From the sequence record DRR723986_18853: a DNA stretch of 44,296 nt. The stretch is one strand, 5' to 3'. The position numbers were made by a program, and so were the translations under genes. Position 1 is the first letter of the stretch; the number at the start of each line of letters is the position of its first letter. The notes under the pieces were generated by a model. That model saw nothing but the letters and a program-made list of their open reading frames with translations. It was not told the DNA's origin and ran no database searches. This document shows positions 27,472 through 37,584 of this stretch, piece after piece.

Positions 27472-29979
27472 CTGAACTACTTTAATTTCAATAAAAATCC
27501 CAATTTCACACCGTACAGTGGTATTGCACGTGCTACTTTATTATTACTTTTATTAGTTACAACTACAGTTGCTTTTGCCCAAGGTAATGAGATATTACTT
27601 AAGGATAAAAAGCAATTAAATATTGTACGTGCAGAAAAAGCACCTAAAATTGATGGTGTTTTAGATGATGCTATTTGGAAAAATGCCGAAATAGCTACCG
27701 ATTTCATTCAATTTCAACCAGAAATTGGCAACTCACTACCAGAAAATCAACGAACCGAAGTTAAAATAACTTATGACGATCAGGCCATATATGTCTCAGC
27801 GTATTTATATGACGATCCTGAAAAGATCATGAAACAATTAACATCAAGAGACAATTTCGGGCAGACTGATTATTTCTTGGTGGTACTTAATCCAAATAAC
27901 GATGCTCAAAACAACACTCTATTTATAGTTTTTGCCTCTGGCCAACAAGCAGATGCCATTGCAAATCCAAGTATAGGTGAAGATTTTAGTTGGAATGCCG
28001 TTTGGGAAAGTGCTGTAAAAATAGTAGATGATGGCTGGATTGTAGAGATAAAAATACCTTACAGAACATTGCGTTTTGCTGATCAAGAAGACCCAACTTG
28101 GGGTTTACAGTTACATAGAAATTTTAGACGTGAACGCGCTCAGTATAGTTGGAATCCTATTGACCCAACTCAAGGTAATGTTGGTTTATATCATGGTGAA
28201 CTCAAAGGATTGAGAAACTTAAAGCCACCTGTAAGACTTAACCTCTACCCTTTTTCAACTGGAATTGTAAATAGCTTTGGTGGTGATACTGAAACGGATC
28301 TTACCTTTGGTTTGGATGTTAAATATGGTATTACAGACAACTTTACCTTAGATGCAACTTTAGTACCAGATTTTAGCCAAGCTGGTTTTGATAATGTTGT
28401 GCTAAACCTTGGACCATTTGAGCAAACTTTTGCAGAACAACGGCAGTTTTTTACAGAAGGTGTCGATTTATTCTCTAAGGGCGGATTGTTCTTTTCGAGA
28501 CGTGTTGGTAGCGCACCAACTGGTCAGTTAGACTTAGATGAAAACGAATCTGCCAATGTACCAGATGAGGTTAAAGTACTCAATGCACTTAAAGTATCTG
28601 GTCGTACCAAAGACGGTTGGGGAATCGGTGTTTTTAATGCCATCACAGAAAAAACATATGCCACCGTAACCAATGATATTACAGGCGAAAAACGTCGTGA
28701 GCTCGTAGAGCCATTTGCTAATTATAATATTTTGGTAGTAGATAAGCAGTTTGGTGGTAACTCTGCCATTAGTCTTATCAATACCAACGTAATGCGCGAA
28801 GGCGATTTTAGAGACGGTAATGCGACGGCGCTTGTGGCTAACTTGGTCAATAAAAAGAATACCTACCGCTTAGATACTGCACTAAGAATGAGTAATGTTA
28901 ACTATCAAAACGCAGATACTGAAACTGGCTTTAGTAGCTTCCTCTTTGTGGGGAAAGTAGCAGGAAATTTCCGGTATAGTTTTGATCACAGATTCGCAGA
29001 TACCAAATACGATATTAATGATTTTGGCTTAAACTTAAGAAATAATCAAAACGATTTTGGAGCAGATGTATCCTACGAAACCTTTGAACCTTCAGGACGA
29101 TTAAACAGTTACCGTTTTAATTTCTTTACCAATTACAGACGATTAGTTAAACCAAACACTTACGCCAGATTTAACTTAGGTGGTGGTTACAGGGCTTTTA
29201 CCAGAAAATTAGATGCCTATGGGTTTCGTCTTAATATGCAACCAGGTAAACAATATGATTTCTTTGAGTCTCGCGATGGAAGACCATTTATTTTTGAAAA
29301 CTCTTTAAGTACTGGTGGATGGGTATCTACTAATTACAACAGAGTATTTGCTATAGACGTAAGAGCCAATATTGCTACCCTTTTTGAAGATGGTAGAGAC
29401 TTATTTAGATACGACTTTAATATAGAACCTAGAGTTCGTCTATCAGACAAACTTTTAATGGTATACGGACTTCGTTTTGATTTTAGAAATGGTGATCGTG
29501 GATATGCTACAAAGATAAATGATACATCAATTTTAGGTGAACGTAACCGACAGATTGTAACCAACACTATTTCTGCTAATTACACCTTTAATCCCTTTCA
29601 CTCTCTAGGATTAGTGTTTAGGCATTATTGGGACACCGTAAAATACGACCGAGAACTTTTTACATTACTCGATAACGGCAGACTAACCACTGCTGAAGGT
29701 TACACCGTAGACAACATTGGTGATGATCCAAATATTAATTTTAGTACCTGGAATGTTGACCTCAGTTATACATGGCAATTCGCACCAGGTAGCTTTTTAA
29801 CAGCTCTTTACAGAAATCAATTATTTAATTTTGATGAAAATGCTGATGACGATTTTAATGAGAGTTTAGATTTATTATTTCAACAGCCAATGCGAAATAC
29901 ATTTTCATTACGTCTACAATACTTTATAGATTTTAATGGAATCAAATCTGTATTTGGCAAAAACAAAAGACCATCATAA
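27472..29979 (+). CDS. DUF5916-type outer-membrane protein with N-terminal CBM9-like domain; true start upstream of ATG 27829
   Basis: Frame open from 27445; contains a signal peptide (RATLLLLLLVTTTVAFAQ) and APKIDGVLDDAIW upstream of 27829; PDFSQ, EQRQFFTEG, FFSRRVG. The start at CTG 27472 is inferred. Confidence 0.75.
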   Translation: MNYFNFNKNPNFTPYSGIARATLLLLLLVTTTVAFAQGNEILLKDKKQLNIVRAEKAPKIDGVLDDAIWKNAEIATDFIQFQPEIGNSLPENQRTEVKITYDDQAIYVSAYLYDDPEKIMKQLTSRDNFGQTDYFLVVLNPNNDAQNNTLFIVFASGQQADAIANPSIGEDFSWNAVWESAVKIVDDGWIVEIKIPYRTLRFADQEDPTWGLQLHRNFRRERAQYSWNPIDPTQGNVGLYHGELKGLRNLKPPVRLNLYPFSTGIVNSFGGDTETDLTFGLDVKYGITDNFTLDATLVPDFSQAGFDNVVLNLGPFEQTFAEQRQFFTEGVDLFSKGGLFFSRRVGSAPTGQLDLDENESANVPDEVKVLNALKVSGRTKDGWGIGVFNAITEKTYATVTNDITGEKRRELVEPFANYNILVVDKQFGGNSAISLINTNVMREGDFRDGNATALVANLVNKKNTYRLDTALRMSNVNYQNADTETGFSSFLFVGKVAGNFRYSFDHRFADTKYDINDFGLNLRNNQNDFGADVSYETFEPSGRLNSYRFNFFTNYRRLVKPNTYARFNLGGGYRAFTRKLDAYGFRLNMQPGKQYDFFESRDGRPFIFENSLSTGGWVSTNYNRVFAIDVRANIATLFEDGRDLFRYDFNIEPRVRLSDKLLMVYGLRFDFRNGDRGYATKINDTSILGERNRQIVTNTISANYTFNPFHSLGLVFRHYWDTVKYDRELFTLLDNGRLTTAEGYTVDNIGDDPNINFSTWNVDLSYTWQFAPGSFLTALYRNQLFNFDENADDDFNESLDLLFQQPMRNTFSLRLQYFIDFNGIKSVFGKNKRPS

Positions 29980-30018
29980 TATTGCGTTATTCTGTATTAA
30001 GTATTACTTTCACGCTGT

Positions 30019-30693
30019 ATGAGTCAAACTGTTATTTTAGCAAAGCACATTAAAAAAGCCTATGGCGATTTACATGTTTTAAAGGGTGTAGATATTACTA
30101 TTGCAGAAAGTGAAATTATCTCAATTGTAGGTGCATCTGGTGCTGGTAAAACCACTTTATTGCAGATATTAGGCACTTTAGACAAACCAGACTACTCAAC
30201 TGACACAGAGCTTATTATCAATCATCAGAACATCAAAAAGTTATCAGATAAGGCCTTAGCCAAATTTAGAAATAAGAATATTGGCTTTATCTTTCAGTTT
30301 CACCAGTTATTACCAGAATTCTCAGCCTTAGAAAATGTATGTATACCAGCATATATTAATAATACGCCTAGAGCTGATGCCGAAAAACGCGCCATAGAAT
30401 TGTTAGACTATTTAGGGCTAAAAGACCGTTTACATCATAAACCAAATAGCTTATCTGGTGGAGAACAACAGCGTGTGGCTGTAGCGAGAGCTTTAGTAAA
30501 TCAACCCAATATTATTTTTGCTGACGAACCCTCTGGAAATTTAGATAGTGAATCTGCAGAGCAATTGCATAACTTATTTTTTAAGCTGAGAGATGAGTTT
30601 AAACAGACTTTTGTTATTGTCACTCACAACCAAGAACTAGCCGCCATGGCAGACCGTAAACTTACTATGGTCGATGGTAAGATTGTTGGGTAG
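30019..30693 (+). CDS. lolD: ABC transporter ATP-binding protein, LolD-like
   Basis: [52 protein letters not shown]. Confidence 0.8.
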   Translation: MSQTVILAKHIKKAYGDLHVLKGVDITIAESEIISIVGASGAGKTTLLQILGTLDKPDYSTDTELIINHQNIKKLSDKALAKFRNKNIGFIFQFHQLLPEFSALENVCIPAYINNTPRADAEKRAIELLDYLGLKDRLHHKPNSLSGGEQQRVAVARALVNQPNIIFADEPSGNLDSESAEQLHNLFFKLRDEFKQTFVIVTHNQELAAMADRKLTMVDGKIVG

Positions 30694-30705
30694 TTTTTGA
30701 ATTAC

Positions 30706-30838
30706 GCTTAACCGTTTTGTGTATAGCTCGTTGCAGGAAAATGGGTGACCATTTTTCGACGAAAACCGAAAGATAGCAAAGGTGCAGGGAATTTCCGTTA
30801 GGAATTTCTACCTTAATGAATTATACACATTGTTAGCT
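30706..30838 (-). repeat. attC-like 133-bp imperfect palindrome
   Basis: Minus strand: AGCTAAC (R''-like, overlapping the gene's TAG)...TGTGTATA / TATACACA...GTTAAGC (matches GTTRRRY); internal hairpin GAATTTCC-gtta-GGAATTTC. Confidence 0.6.
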
Positions 30839-31343
30839 ACAATTTTCTATATTTTAGTTTTTCAGAGTCTAACATTTTTTCCACTTTTTTATTCAGATTA
30901 CTAATTGAGAACTCCGCAAATAACTCGATAACTAAAATATAAATAAGTCCAAAAAGCGAAAACATTAGCAGTTCAAGCCCAATATCATTTCCAATTATAA
31001 TTTGATAGAGGGCTATAATTAAGATTAAAGACACAAAAATAATGATAAACCAAAACTGCATTTTATAAGTTGCACTATTTACTCGTTTTAAAGTAAGCTT
31101 GCTTTCCGTTTTGTTTTTATTGCTATTTACACAATTTAAATTTAGTTTTACTAATGGGCCAAGATTTGGTTTAAAAACCGCAAAGGAAACAGCTCTATAA
31201 ATATCAATGCCACCATAATCTGGGTAATCACCAGATAGATTTAACTTTTTCCTAAATGTCTTTCGGTTTAGTTCGGTTCGGACAATTTTATTAAAGTCTT
31301 CTGCAGATTCAAATATTTGGTATTCTGATAGTTTCTTTTTCAA
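30837..31343 (-). CDS. Hypothetical membrane protein (cassette-like orphan)
   Basis: TTG start, two C-terminal TM helices; stop codon embedded in the attC-like arm. Confidence 0.7.
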   Translation of the reverse strand: MKKKLSEYQIFESAEDFNKIVRTELNRKTFRKKLNLSGDYPDYGGIDIYRAVSFAVFKPNLGPLVKLNLNCVNSNKNKTESKLTLKRVNSATYKMQFWFIIIFVSLILIIALYQIIIGNDIGLELLMFSLFGLIYILVIELFAEFSISNLNKKVEKMLDSEKLKYRKL

Positions 31344-31379
31344 TAGATTGATGGGTTAGTTGTATTGAATTCGTTGTAG

Positions 31380-31406
31380 CCGTAATTAACTATAGCCATT
31401 GCTAGC
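31380..31406 (-). repeat. Truncated left arm of a second attC-like element
   Basis: GCTAGCAATGGCTATAGTTAATTACGG is 21/27 identical to GCTAACAATGTGTATAATTCATTAAGG (30811-30837); both lie at or immediately after a stop codon. Confidence 0.6.
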
Positions 31407-31407
31407 A

Positions 31408-31899
31408 TTAGTTTTTATTTATAGTTACTGTTGTGATTCTTTTCGTTGGAATATCAAATATTTTTGCTGGTTCAGCCTTTATTTTATTCCAGAAACTAAT
31501 AAAATCAATATTTTCAATATCTCCTATATAACCGACAAGTTTTATAGAGTTAATTCTACCATTGCACTCAACTTCTACTTCAAAAAAAGCTTTGAATTTA
31601 TTAGATTTCGTCTCGAATTGTTCTTTAAGAAATTCATTGAATGTTAATCTTTTGCCATCCGCTTTTATACAATAAAAAATTGGCTCTATGATTTCATTTG
31701 TTGAAACACTATGACCTTGGTCGGTTAATTTATTCAGCCCTTTATTAAACTGCTCAGAAATCGAATCCAATCTTTTTGCATTCGGATTTTCAATTTTCGG
31801 AATGTCATTTTTATAAATCAGAGAATCTATTTTTTGAGCAAAACAGGTGGTCGAAAAACTAAAAAGCAATAAGAGAATTGTTGAATAAGTAATTTTCAT
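31408..31899 (-). CDS. Hypothetical secreted protein (cassette-like orphan)
   Basis: Signal peptide MKITYSTILLLLFSFSTTCFAQ; C-terminus weakly reminiscent of a TonB C-terminal domain. Confidence 0.7.
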   Translation of the reverse strand: MKITYSTILLLLFSFSTTCFAQKIDSLIYKNDIPKIENPNAKRLDSISEQFNKGLNKLTDQGHSVSTNEIIEPIFYCIKADGKRLTFNEFLKEQFETKSNKFKAFFEVEVECNGRINSIKLVGYIGDIENIDFISFWNKIKAEPAKIFDIPTKRITTVTINKN

Positions 31900-32159
31900 A
31901 TTTTTTTCTTTAAATCAGTTTGTTCAACTATCATACCGTAATGCAACAAAATAATGCCAACTATGTATTAAATTAAAACTATGTTATAAAACGAAGTTAA
32001 GCCTTATACCTTATAAATATATACGTAGTCCTATGTAATTTATTACAATTTTTAAAGTATGTCATAGCCTTAAATAAGCCTGTAAATTAAATGACAGTTA
32101 TCAGGTTTTAAACCTTCAAAATCTGTAATTTTGCAGTGCTTTTAAAAAACTATACTATT

Positions 32160-33557
32160 ATGAGTTACAGAATAGAAAAAGACACCATGGGAGAGGTTAA
32201 AGTCCCTGCCAATAAACTTTGGGGAGCACAGACAGAACGCTCTCGTAATAACTTTAAAATTGGTGCACCTGCATCTATGCCTTTAGAAATTGTACATGGC
32301 TTTGCCTACCTTAAAAAGGCGGCTGCTTACACCAACTGCGACTTGGGCGTTTTAGACAAATCTAAACGAGATCTTATTGCACAGGTCTGTGATGAAATTT
32401 TAGACAACCAACATAACGACCAGTTTCCATTAGTGATCTGGCAAACCGGCTCTGGTACACAGAGTAATATGAATATTAATGAGGTAGTAGCTAACAGAGC
32501 ACACCAAATTGCTGGTAAGGTGATTGGTGAAGGTGAGAAAACCATACAACCAAATGATGATGTAAACAAATCACAATCATCTAACGACACCTTCCCTACT
32601 GGTATGCATATTGCTGCCTATAAAAAAGTAGTTGAAACGACTATTCCAGGAGTAATTCAATTACGCAACACCTTACATAATAAATCAATTGCTTTTAAAG
32701 ATGTGGTAAAGATTGGTCGAACGCATTTAATGGATGCTACACCATTAACCTTAGGGCAAGAGTTTTCGGCTTATGTATCGCAATTAGATCATGGATTAAA
32801 AGCATTAGAAAACACGTTGGCACACTTAAGTGAATTAGCTTTAGGTGGCACTGCAGTAGGTACTGGTTTAAATACACCAGAAGGTTACGATGCACTTGTC
32901 GCTAAATACATAGCTGAATTTACTGGCTTACCTTTTGTTACAGCAGAAAACAAGTTTGAAGCCTTAGCAGCACATGATGCTATTGTAGAAACTCATGGAG
33001 CGTTAAAACAAATAGCTGTATCCTTAAATAAAATAGCCAATGATATAAGAATGATGGCTTCTGGTCCACGTTCTGGTATTGGTGAAATTATAATTCCGGC
33101 AAACGAGCCAGGAAGCTCTATTATGCCAGGAAAAGTTAATCCTACACAATGTGAAGCCTTAACTATGGTCTGTGCACAGGTAATGGGTAACGATGTTGCA
33201 GTAACCGTTGGTGGTACCCAAGGGCATTATGAGCTTAACGTATTTAAACCAATGATGGCTGCAAACGTTTTACAATCGGCACAACTTATTGGTGATGCTT
33301 GCGTAAGTTTTGAAGAAAACTGTGCCAGTGGTATAGAACCAAACCACGCTGTAATTAAAGAATTACTTAATAACTCTTTAATGCTAGTTACTGCTTTAAA
33401 TACTAAAATAGGCTATTATAAAGCCGCTGAAATTGCAAATACAGCACACAAAAATGGTACAACTTTAAAGGAAGAAGCCATTAATTTAGGCTATGTGTCT
33501 GCAGAAGACTATGACGAATGGGTAAAACCAGAAGACATGGTTGGTAGCTTGAAATAA
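32160..33557 (+). CDS. fumC: Class II fumarate hydratase
   Basis: [49 protein letters not shown] 32160; TAATTTTG at 32126-32133. Confidence 0.98.
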   Translation: MSYRIEKDTMGEVKVPANKLWGAQTERSRNNFKIGAPASMPLEIVHGFAYLKKAAAYTNCDLGVLDKSKRDLIAQVCDEILDNQHNDQFPLVIWQTGSGTQSNMNINEVVANRAHQIAGKVIGEGEKTIQPNDDVNKSQSSNDTFPTGMHIAAYKKVVETTIPGVIQLRNTLHNKSIAFKDVVKIGRTHLMDATPLTLGQEFSAYVSQLDHGLKALENTLAHLSELALGGTAVGTGLNTPEGYDALVAKYIAEFTGLPFVTAENKFEALAAHDAIVETHGALKQIAVSLNKIANDIRMMASGPRSGIGEIIIPANEPGSSIMPGKVNPTQCEALTMVCAQVMGNDVAVTVGGTQGHYELNVFKPMMAANVLQSAQLIGDACVSFEENCASGIEPNHAVIKELLNNSLMLVTALNTKIGYYKAAEIANTAHKNGTTLKEEAINLGYVSAEDYDEWVKPEDMVGSLK

Positions 33558-33587
33558 TACAACGTTTAAAATAAATTAAACATAACA

Positions 33588-33649
33588 ACGTCAGTTTGAG
33601 TGATATATCTAAATCAGATAAAAGAATCGCTCAAACTGACGTATTTTTT
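33588..33649 (+). terminator. Long hairpin/terminator after fumC
   Basis: ACGTCAGTTTGAGTGAT (33588-33604) pairs with ATCGCTCAAACTGACGT (33626-33642), followed by a T-run. Confidence 0.75.
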
Positions 33650-33755
33650 AAACTATAAAAATACACTAGTATTCCGTTTAAACGACTGAAAATCAAGATT
33701 AAAAGTATATTAAATCAAATAATTTCTTACATTTACACAAACAAATCTATCAGAT

Positions 33756-35201
33756 ATGAAAAAAACTTTACTCACTTTATTATCAACTATTTGCCTAACA
33801 GTGGTGATCCATTCTCAAACGAGTTGGGCAGCAAAAGCCACTATTGATGCAGCAACAGGAAATAATCCGTATACAATTGCTTCCGGTCTTATTGATGCAG
33901 ATTCTCATCTGGATGTTGTAATAGGTACTGATGCTGACCATATCATTGTATGGTATAAAGGCAATGGAGATGGCACATTTGTGAAACAAACAGCTGTAAC
34001 AAATACCTTGACTAATATTTCTGGTCTCAAATTAGTCGATTTAAATAGTGATGGCGATTTAGATATTCTGGCTGTTGGCTTTGGTAGTTACGGAGCTGGT
34101 TATGGTACACAATCTGCTTTAGTCTGGTTTGAAAATGATGGCAACGGAGTTTTTGGAGCAGAGCAACTGATTACTAATGCTTACGATGGTATGAGTGGTC
34201 TTTTTGCAGGAACTATTGATGCTGGTACGACTGTTGACGTTGCTGTCACCTCTATTGTAGATGGTGAAGTACTTTGGTTTTCTAATGACGGTGCAGGAAA
34301 CTTTTCTGTTCCTACTAATAGTAGTATTGATATCACACTTAACTCACCTTCAGTTATAAATATGAAAGATATTGATAACGATGGTGATTTAGATGCAATC
34401 GTTGCTACAGCAGCTTACTCGGGTAGTGATGTTGTAGAAATTTTCAGAAATGATTTAGTGCCTGGCGGTACAGTATTATTCACCAAAGATTTAACTTCTG
34501 TGGCTACAGGATTAATTGGTGTTTTTAATGCTAATTTCGAGGATTTAGATGGTGATTCTAATTTAGATATTCTTGTTACTGAGGTATCTTGTGGTGGATT
34601 CTGTGGTAATGTACCAGGAAACTTATACTGGTACGAAGAAGATGGTGCTGGTGGTTATACCACAACAACTTTTACAACAAGCATTGTAAATCCTGCAGTA
34701 GCACAAACCAGAGATTTAAATGATGATGGTTTAGCGGACATCGTATTAAGCAGTGGTTCTTCTGGAGCTGGTAATGATTTAGTATGGTTTAAAAATAATG
34801 GCGCCGGAAGTTATGGTAGTGAAACTGTAATTGATAACACACAAAGCCAAGCCCTTGTATACGCTGTGGAAGATTTTGATAATGATGGTGATTTAGATAT
34901 TGCTAACTGTGCCTATAATGATGATGCTCTTAATTATTTTGAAAATGAAAAATACGTGTTAAGTGTTGCAAATATTGAGACTGAACGATTCACTATGTAT
35001 CCAAATCCAACAACAAATGTTTTACACTTTGAAGGTTTTGAAGCCGAAAACATTGATGTTGAAATCTATGATATCTTAGGAAAGAAAGTTCTATACAGTT
35101 CAATAGCATCAAATAGACCTTTAGACGTATCACATTTAAACGTTGGTATGTACGTAATTAAAATTGATAATGGATTTATTTCTAAGTTTATTAAAGAGTA
35201 A
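33756..35201 (+). CDS. FG-GAP/VCBS-repeat protein with T9SS type A C-terminal sorting domain
   Basis: Repeated D-x-N/D-x-DGDLD and WFxNDG motifs; C-terminal MYPNPT...IYDILGK...GMYVIKI...KFIKE. Confidence 0.92.
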   Translation: MKKTLLTLLSTICLTVVIHSQTSWAAKATIDAATGNNPYTIASGLIDADSHLDVVIGTDADHIIVWYKGNGDGTFVKQTAVTNTLTNISGLKLVDLNSDGDLDILAVGFGSYGAGYGTQSALVWFENDGNGVFGAEQLITNAYDGMSGLFAGTIDAGTTVDVAVTSIVDGEVLWFSNDGAGNFSVPTNSSIDITLNSPSVINMKDIDNDGDLDAIVATAAYSGSDVVEIFRNDLVPGGTVLFTKDLTSVATGLIGVFNANFEDLDGDSNLDILVTEVSCGGFCGNVPGNLYWYEEDGAGGYTTTTFTTSIVNPAVAQTRDLNDDGLADIVLSSGSSGAGNDLVWFKNNGAGSYGSETVIDNTQSQALVYAVEDFDNDGDLDIANCAYNDDALNYFENEKYVLSVANIETERFTMYPNPTTNVLHFEGFEAENIDVEIYDILGKKVLYSSIASNRPLDVSHLNVGMYVIKIDNGFISKFIKE

Positions 35202-35223
35202 TAGATTTAAATAAAAAATGTAT

Positions 35224-35258
35224 AAAACGCTGGCTTCTTAAGTTCAGCGTTTTTTTTT
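35224..35258 (+). terminator. Intrinsic terminator
   Basis: AAAACGCTG...CAGCGTTTTTTTTT. Confidence 0.8.
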
Positions 35259-35297
35259 ATTCAAAAAAATAGCAATCTTTACAAAAAGCTAACCAAC

Positions 35298-36533
35298 ATG
35301 TCTATACTAATTACCAACATAAAACAATTACTTCAGGTACATAAACATAATGTTACCATAGTAAAGGGTGAAGCCATGAAAACTTTACCTGTGTTAGAAA
35401 ATGCATATCTCTATATTGAGCACGATACGATTATTGAATTTGGTAAAATGGAAGATTGTGATGGCTTATATCCAGAAACCATTATCGATGCCACTGGCAA
35501 GATTGTTTTACCATCCTGGTGCGATTCTCACTCACATTTAGTATATGCAGGTAATAGAACTTCAGAATTTGTAGATCGTATTAACGGATTGAGTTATTCC
35601 GAAATTGCAAATCGAGGCGGTGGTATTTTAAACTCAGCTAAACTATTGCAAGACACTTCTGAAGATGACCTCTATGATTCTGCTATGGAACGCTTAGAAT
35701 CCATTATAAAAATGGGAACTGGTGCTATTGAAATAAAAACAGGTTATGGCTTATCTGTTGAAGCTGAACTAAAAATGCTTCGTGTTATTAAACGTATTAA
35801 ACAAGATAGTTTAGCTAAAATCACTCCTACTCTTCTTGCTGCTCATGCCATACCAGAAGTATATAAAAAAAATAAATCAGATTATATAAAACTGATAACA
35901 GAAGAACTAATTCCTCATGCAGCCAAACTAAACATAGCACATTACATTGATGTGTTTTGTGAAGATGATTATTTTAGTCTTGATGATACTGAAGCTATTT
36001 TAAAAGCTGGTCAGCAACATAATCTTAGACCAAAAATACATGTTAACCAGTTTAATATTTTAGGAGGTGTAGCATTAGGAGTTAAATATAACGCACTCTC
36101 TGTAGATCATTTAGAAGAATTAAATAAAGACGATATCAATGCGCTCAAAGACTCAGATACTATGCCTGTAGCACTTCCTGGTTGCTCCTACTTTTTGGGT
36201 ATACCTTATACACCTGCCAGACAGTTAATAGATGCTGGTTTGCCATTAGCCATTGCAACAGATTATAATCCTGGTTCTGCACCAAGTGGCAATATGAATT
36301 TTATTGTAAGCGCGGCTTGTGTAAAACTCAATATGACACCTGAAGAAGCTATTAATGCTGCTACTATAAATGGCGCCTATGCTATGGGAATTAGTAATAT
36401 GTATGGTAGCATCACCAGAGGAAAGAAAGCTAATTTAATTATTACAAAACCACTTAATGACTATACAGAAATTCCTTATGCATTTGCACATAATCCTGTA
36501 GAAAGTGTTATTATAAATGGTGAGTTTAGGTAA
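35298..36533 (+). CDS. hutI: Imidazolonepropionase
   Basis: DSHSHLVYAG, GGGILNS, EIKTGYGL, DVFCE, SVDHLE, ATDYNPGS. Confidence 0.96.
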   Translation: MSILITNIKQLLQVHKHNVTIVKGEAMKTLPVLENAYLYIEHDTIIEFGKMEDCDGLYPETIIDATGKIVLPSWCDSHSHLVYAGNRTSEFVDRINGLSYSEIANRGGGILNSAKLLQDTSEDDLYDSAMERLESIIKMGTGAIEIKTGYGLSVEAELKMLRVIKRIKQDSLAKITPTLLAAHAIPEVYKKNKSDYIKLITEELIPHAAKLNIAHYIDVFCEDDYFSLDDTEAILKAGQQHNLRPKIHVNQFNILGGVALGVKYNALSVDHLEELNKDDINALKDSDTMPVALPGCSYFLGIPYTPARQLIDAGLPLAIATDYNPGSAPSGNMNFIVSAACVKLNMTPEEAINAATINGAYAMGISNMYGSITRGKKANLIITKPLNDYTEIPYAFAHNPVESVIINGEFR

Positions 36534-36534
36534 T

Positions 36535-36564
36535 AAAAAATCCGGAAACTTGTTCCGGATTTTT
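36535..36564. terminator. Bidirectional intrinsic terminator
   Basis: AAAAAATCCGGAA-acttg-TTCCGGATTTTT between convergent genes. Confidence 0.88.
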
Positions 36565-36592
36565 ATCTATCAATCAATCAAATAATCAATTC

Positions 36593-37480
36593 TTATTTCA
36601 GATAAAATTCTGAAGAAGAAATCAACTCTTTATCATTAAATACATTTACTCTGTAACGCCCAGATTCAAATTTATCATCATCAGGTCTGGAGATGTACTC
36701 GCAAATGTTTAGATTTCTGTTCTCGTAATTAAAACGGCTAATTAAACTATAGTTTAGTACTTCATCATCAAATTGTAACTGTCCATTCTCTCCTAGTACA
36801 TTATTTTTAGGATCAATTACTTGTACGTACAATGCTTTATCTCCAGCACCAGCTAAAGCATTTTTAGCAACTGTAAAACATACTTTAATTTTGTCGCTAC
36901 GTCTTGCACGTTCTGTCGGAATCTGTTTTCCACTACTACGTTCAATAACACCTAAGCCCTTTAAACCAACCGTTTGTAATGCTGCTGCATCTTTCATAAC
37001 AGAAGCTAATTCTGTATTTTGTACTAACAGAGAATCTGTGAATGTTGTACGCTCTGCTAACTGTACTTGTGTACTGTCTAAAGATGTTGCTAAATATTCA
37101 TTCTCAACTTTAAGACGATCGTTTTCAGCCATTAAAACATCCATTTCGCGTTGTAAGGCTAAGTATTTTTTTCTGTATTTCCATAAGCTATTAACGCTAT
37201 TTTGAGATACTTTTAAAGAATCCATTAATCCTTGAATACGCTCTCTAGCTTCTAATAGATTTTGATTTGTTATCTCATTATCTGCAATGGCTTCATCATA
37301 CTGTTTAGCCATGTTAGTAAGGTCATTCATTACCTCTTGTTTTTCACTGATTAAGGTCTTTTCCGTTTCCTTTTTGTCATTATAAAGTTTAGATGCGAAA
37401 AAGGCTGTGCCTAAGAAAAGGACTAAAAGAATTCCTAAGCCTACTTTTAAACCAGTACCAGTTTTTTGTGAACCTTCCAT
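36593..37480 (-). CDS. Membrane-anchored coiled-coil protein with C-terminal beta domain
   Basis: One N-terminal TM, long heptad-rich helix, C-terminal KIKVCFTVAKN...YVQVIDP...GRYRVNVF; no Walker A motif. Confidence 0.8.
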   Translation of the reverse strand: MEGSQKTGTGLKVGLGILLVLFLGTAFFASKLYNDKKETEKTLISEKQEVMNDLTNMAKQYDEAIADNEITNQNLLEARERIQGLMDSLKVSQNSVNSLWKYRKKYLALQREMDVLMAENDRLKVENEYLATSLDSTQVQLAERTTFTDSLLVQNTELASVMKDAAALQTVGLKGLGVIERSSGKQIPTERARRSDKIKVCFTVAKNALAGAGDKALYVQVIDPKNNVLGENGQLQFDDEVLNYSLISRFNYENRNLNICEYISRPDDDKFESGRYRVNVFNDKELISSSEFYLK

Positions 37481-37584
37481 AAATTATGTTTTTAGTTTTT
37501 GTTATTTCTTATTCTAACTTAATTTTGAAATCAAAGTATTAATTAAAACAGTACTTTTATTACCTATTGTAATAAAGTTATCAA

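Noticed and set aside
30694-32159. CRISPR array, IS element or prophage in the orphan region
   Set aside because: No regularly spaced direct repeats, transposase, terminal repeats with target duplication, or phage genes.
33756-35201. Repeated GATGGTGATTTAGAT-like DNA motifs
   Set aside because: Explained by FG-GAP protein repeats.
36593-37480. ParA or SMC-like partition protein
   Set aside because: No Walker A or ATPase motifs; only a TM helix, coiled coil and beta domain.
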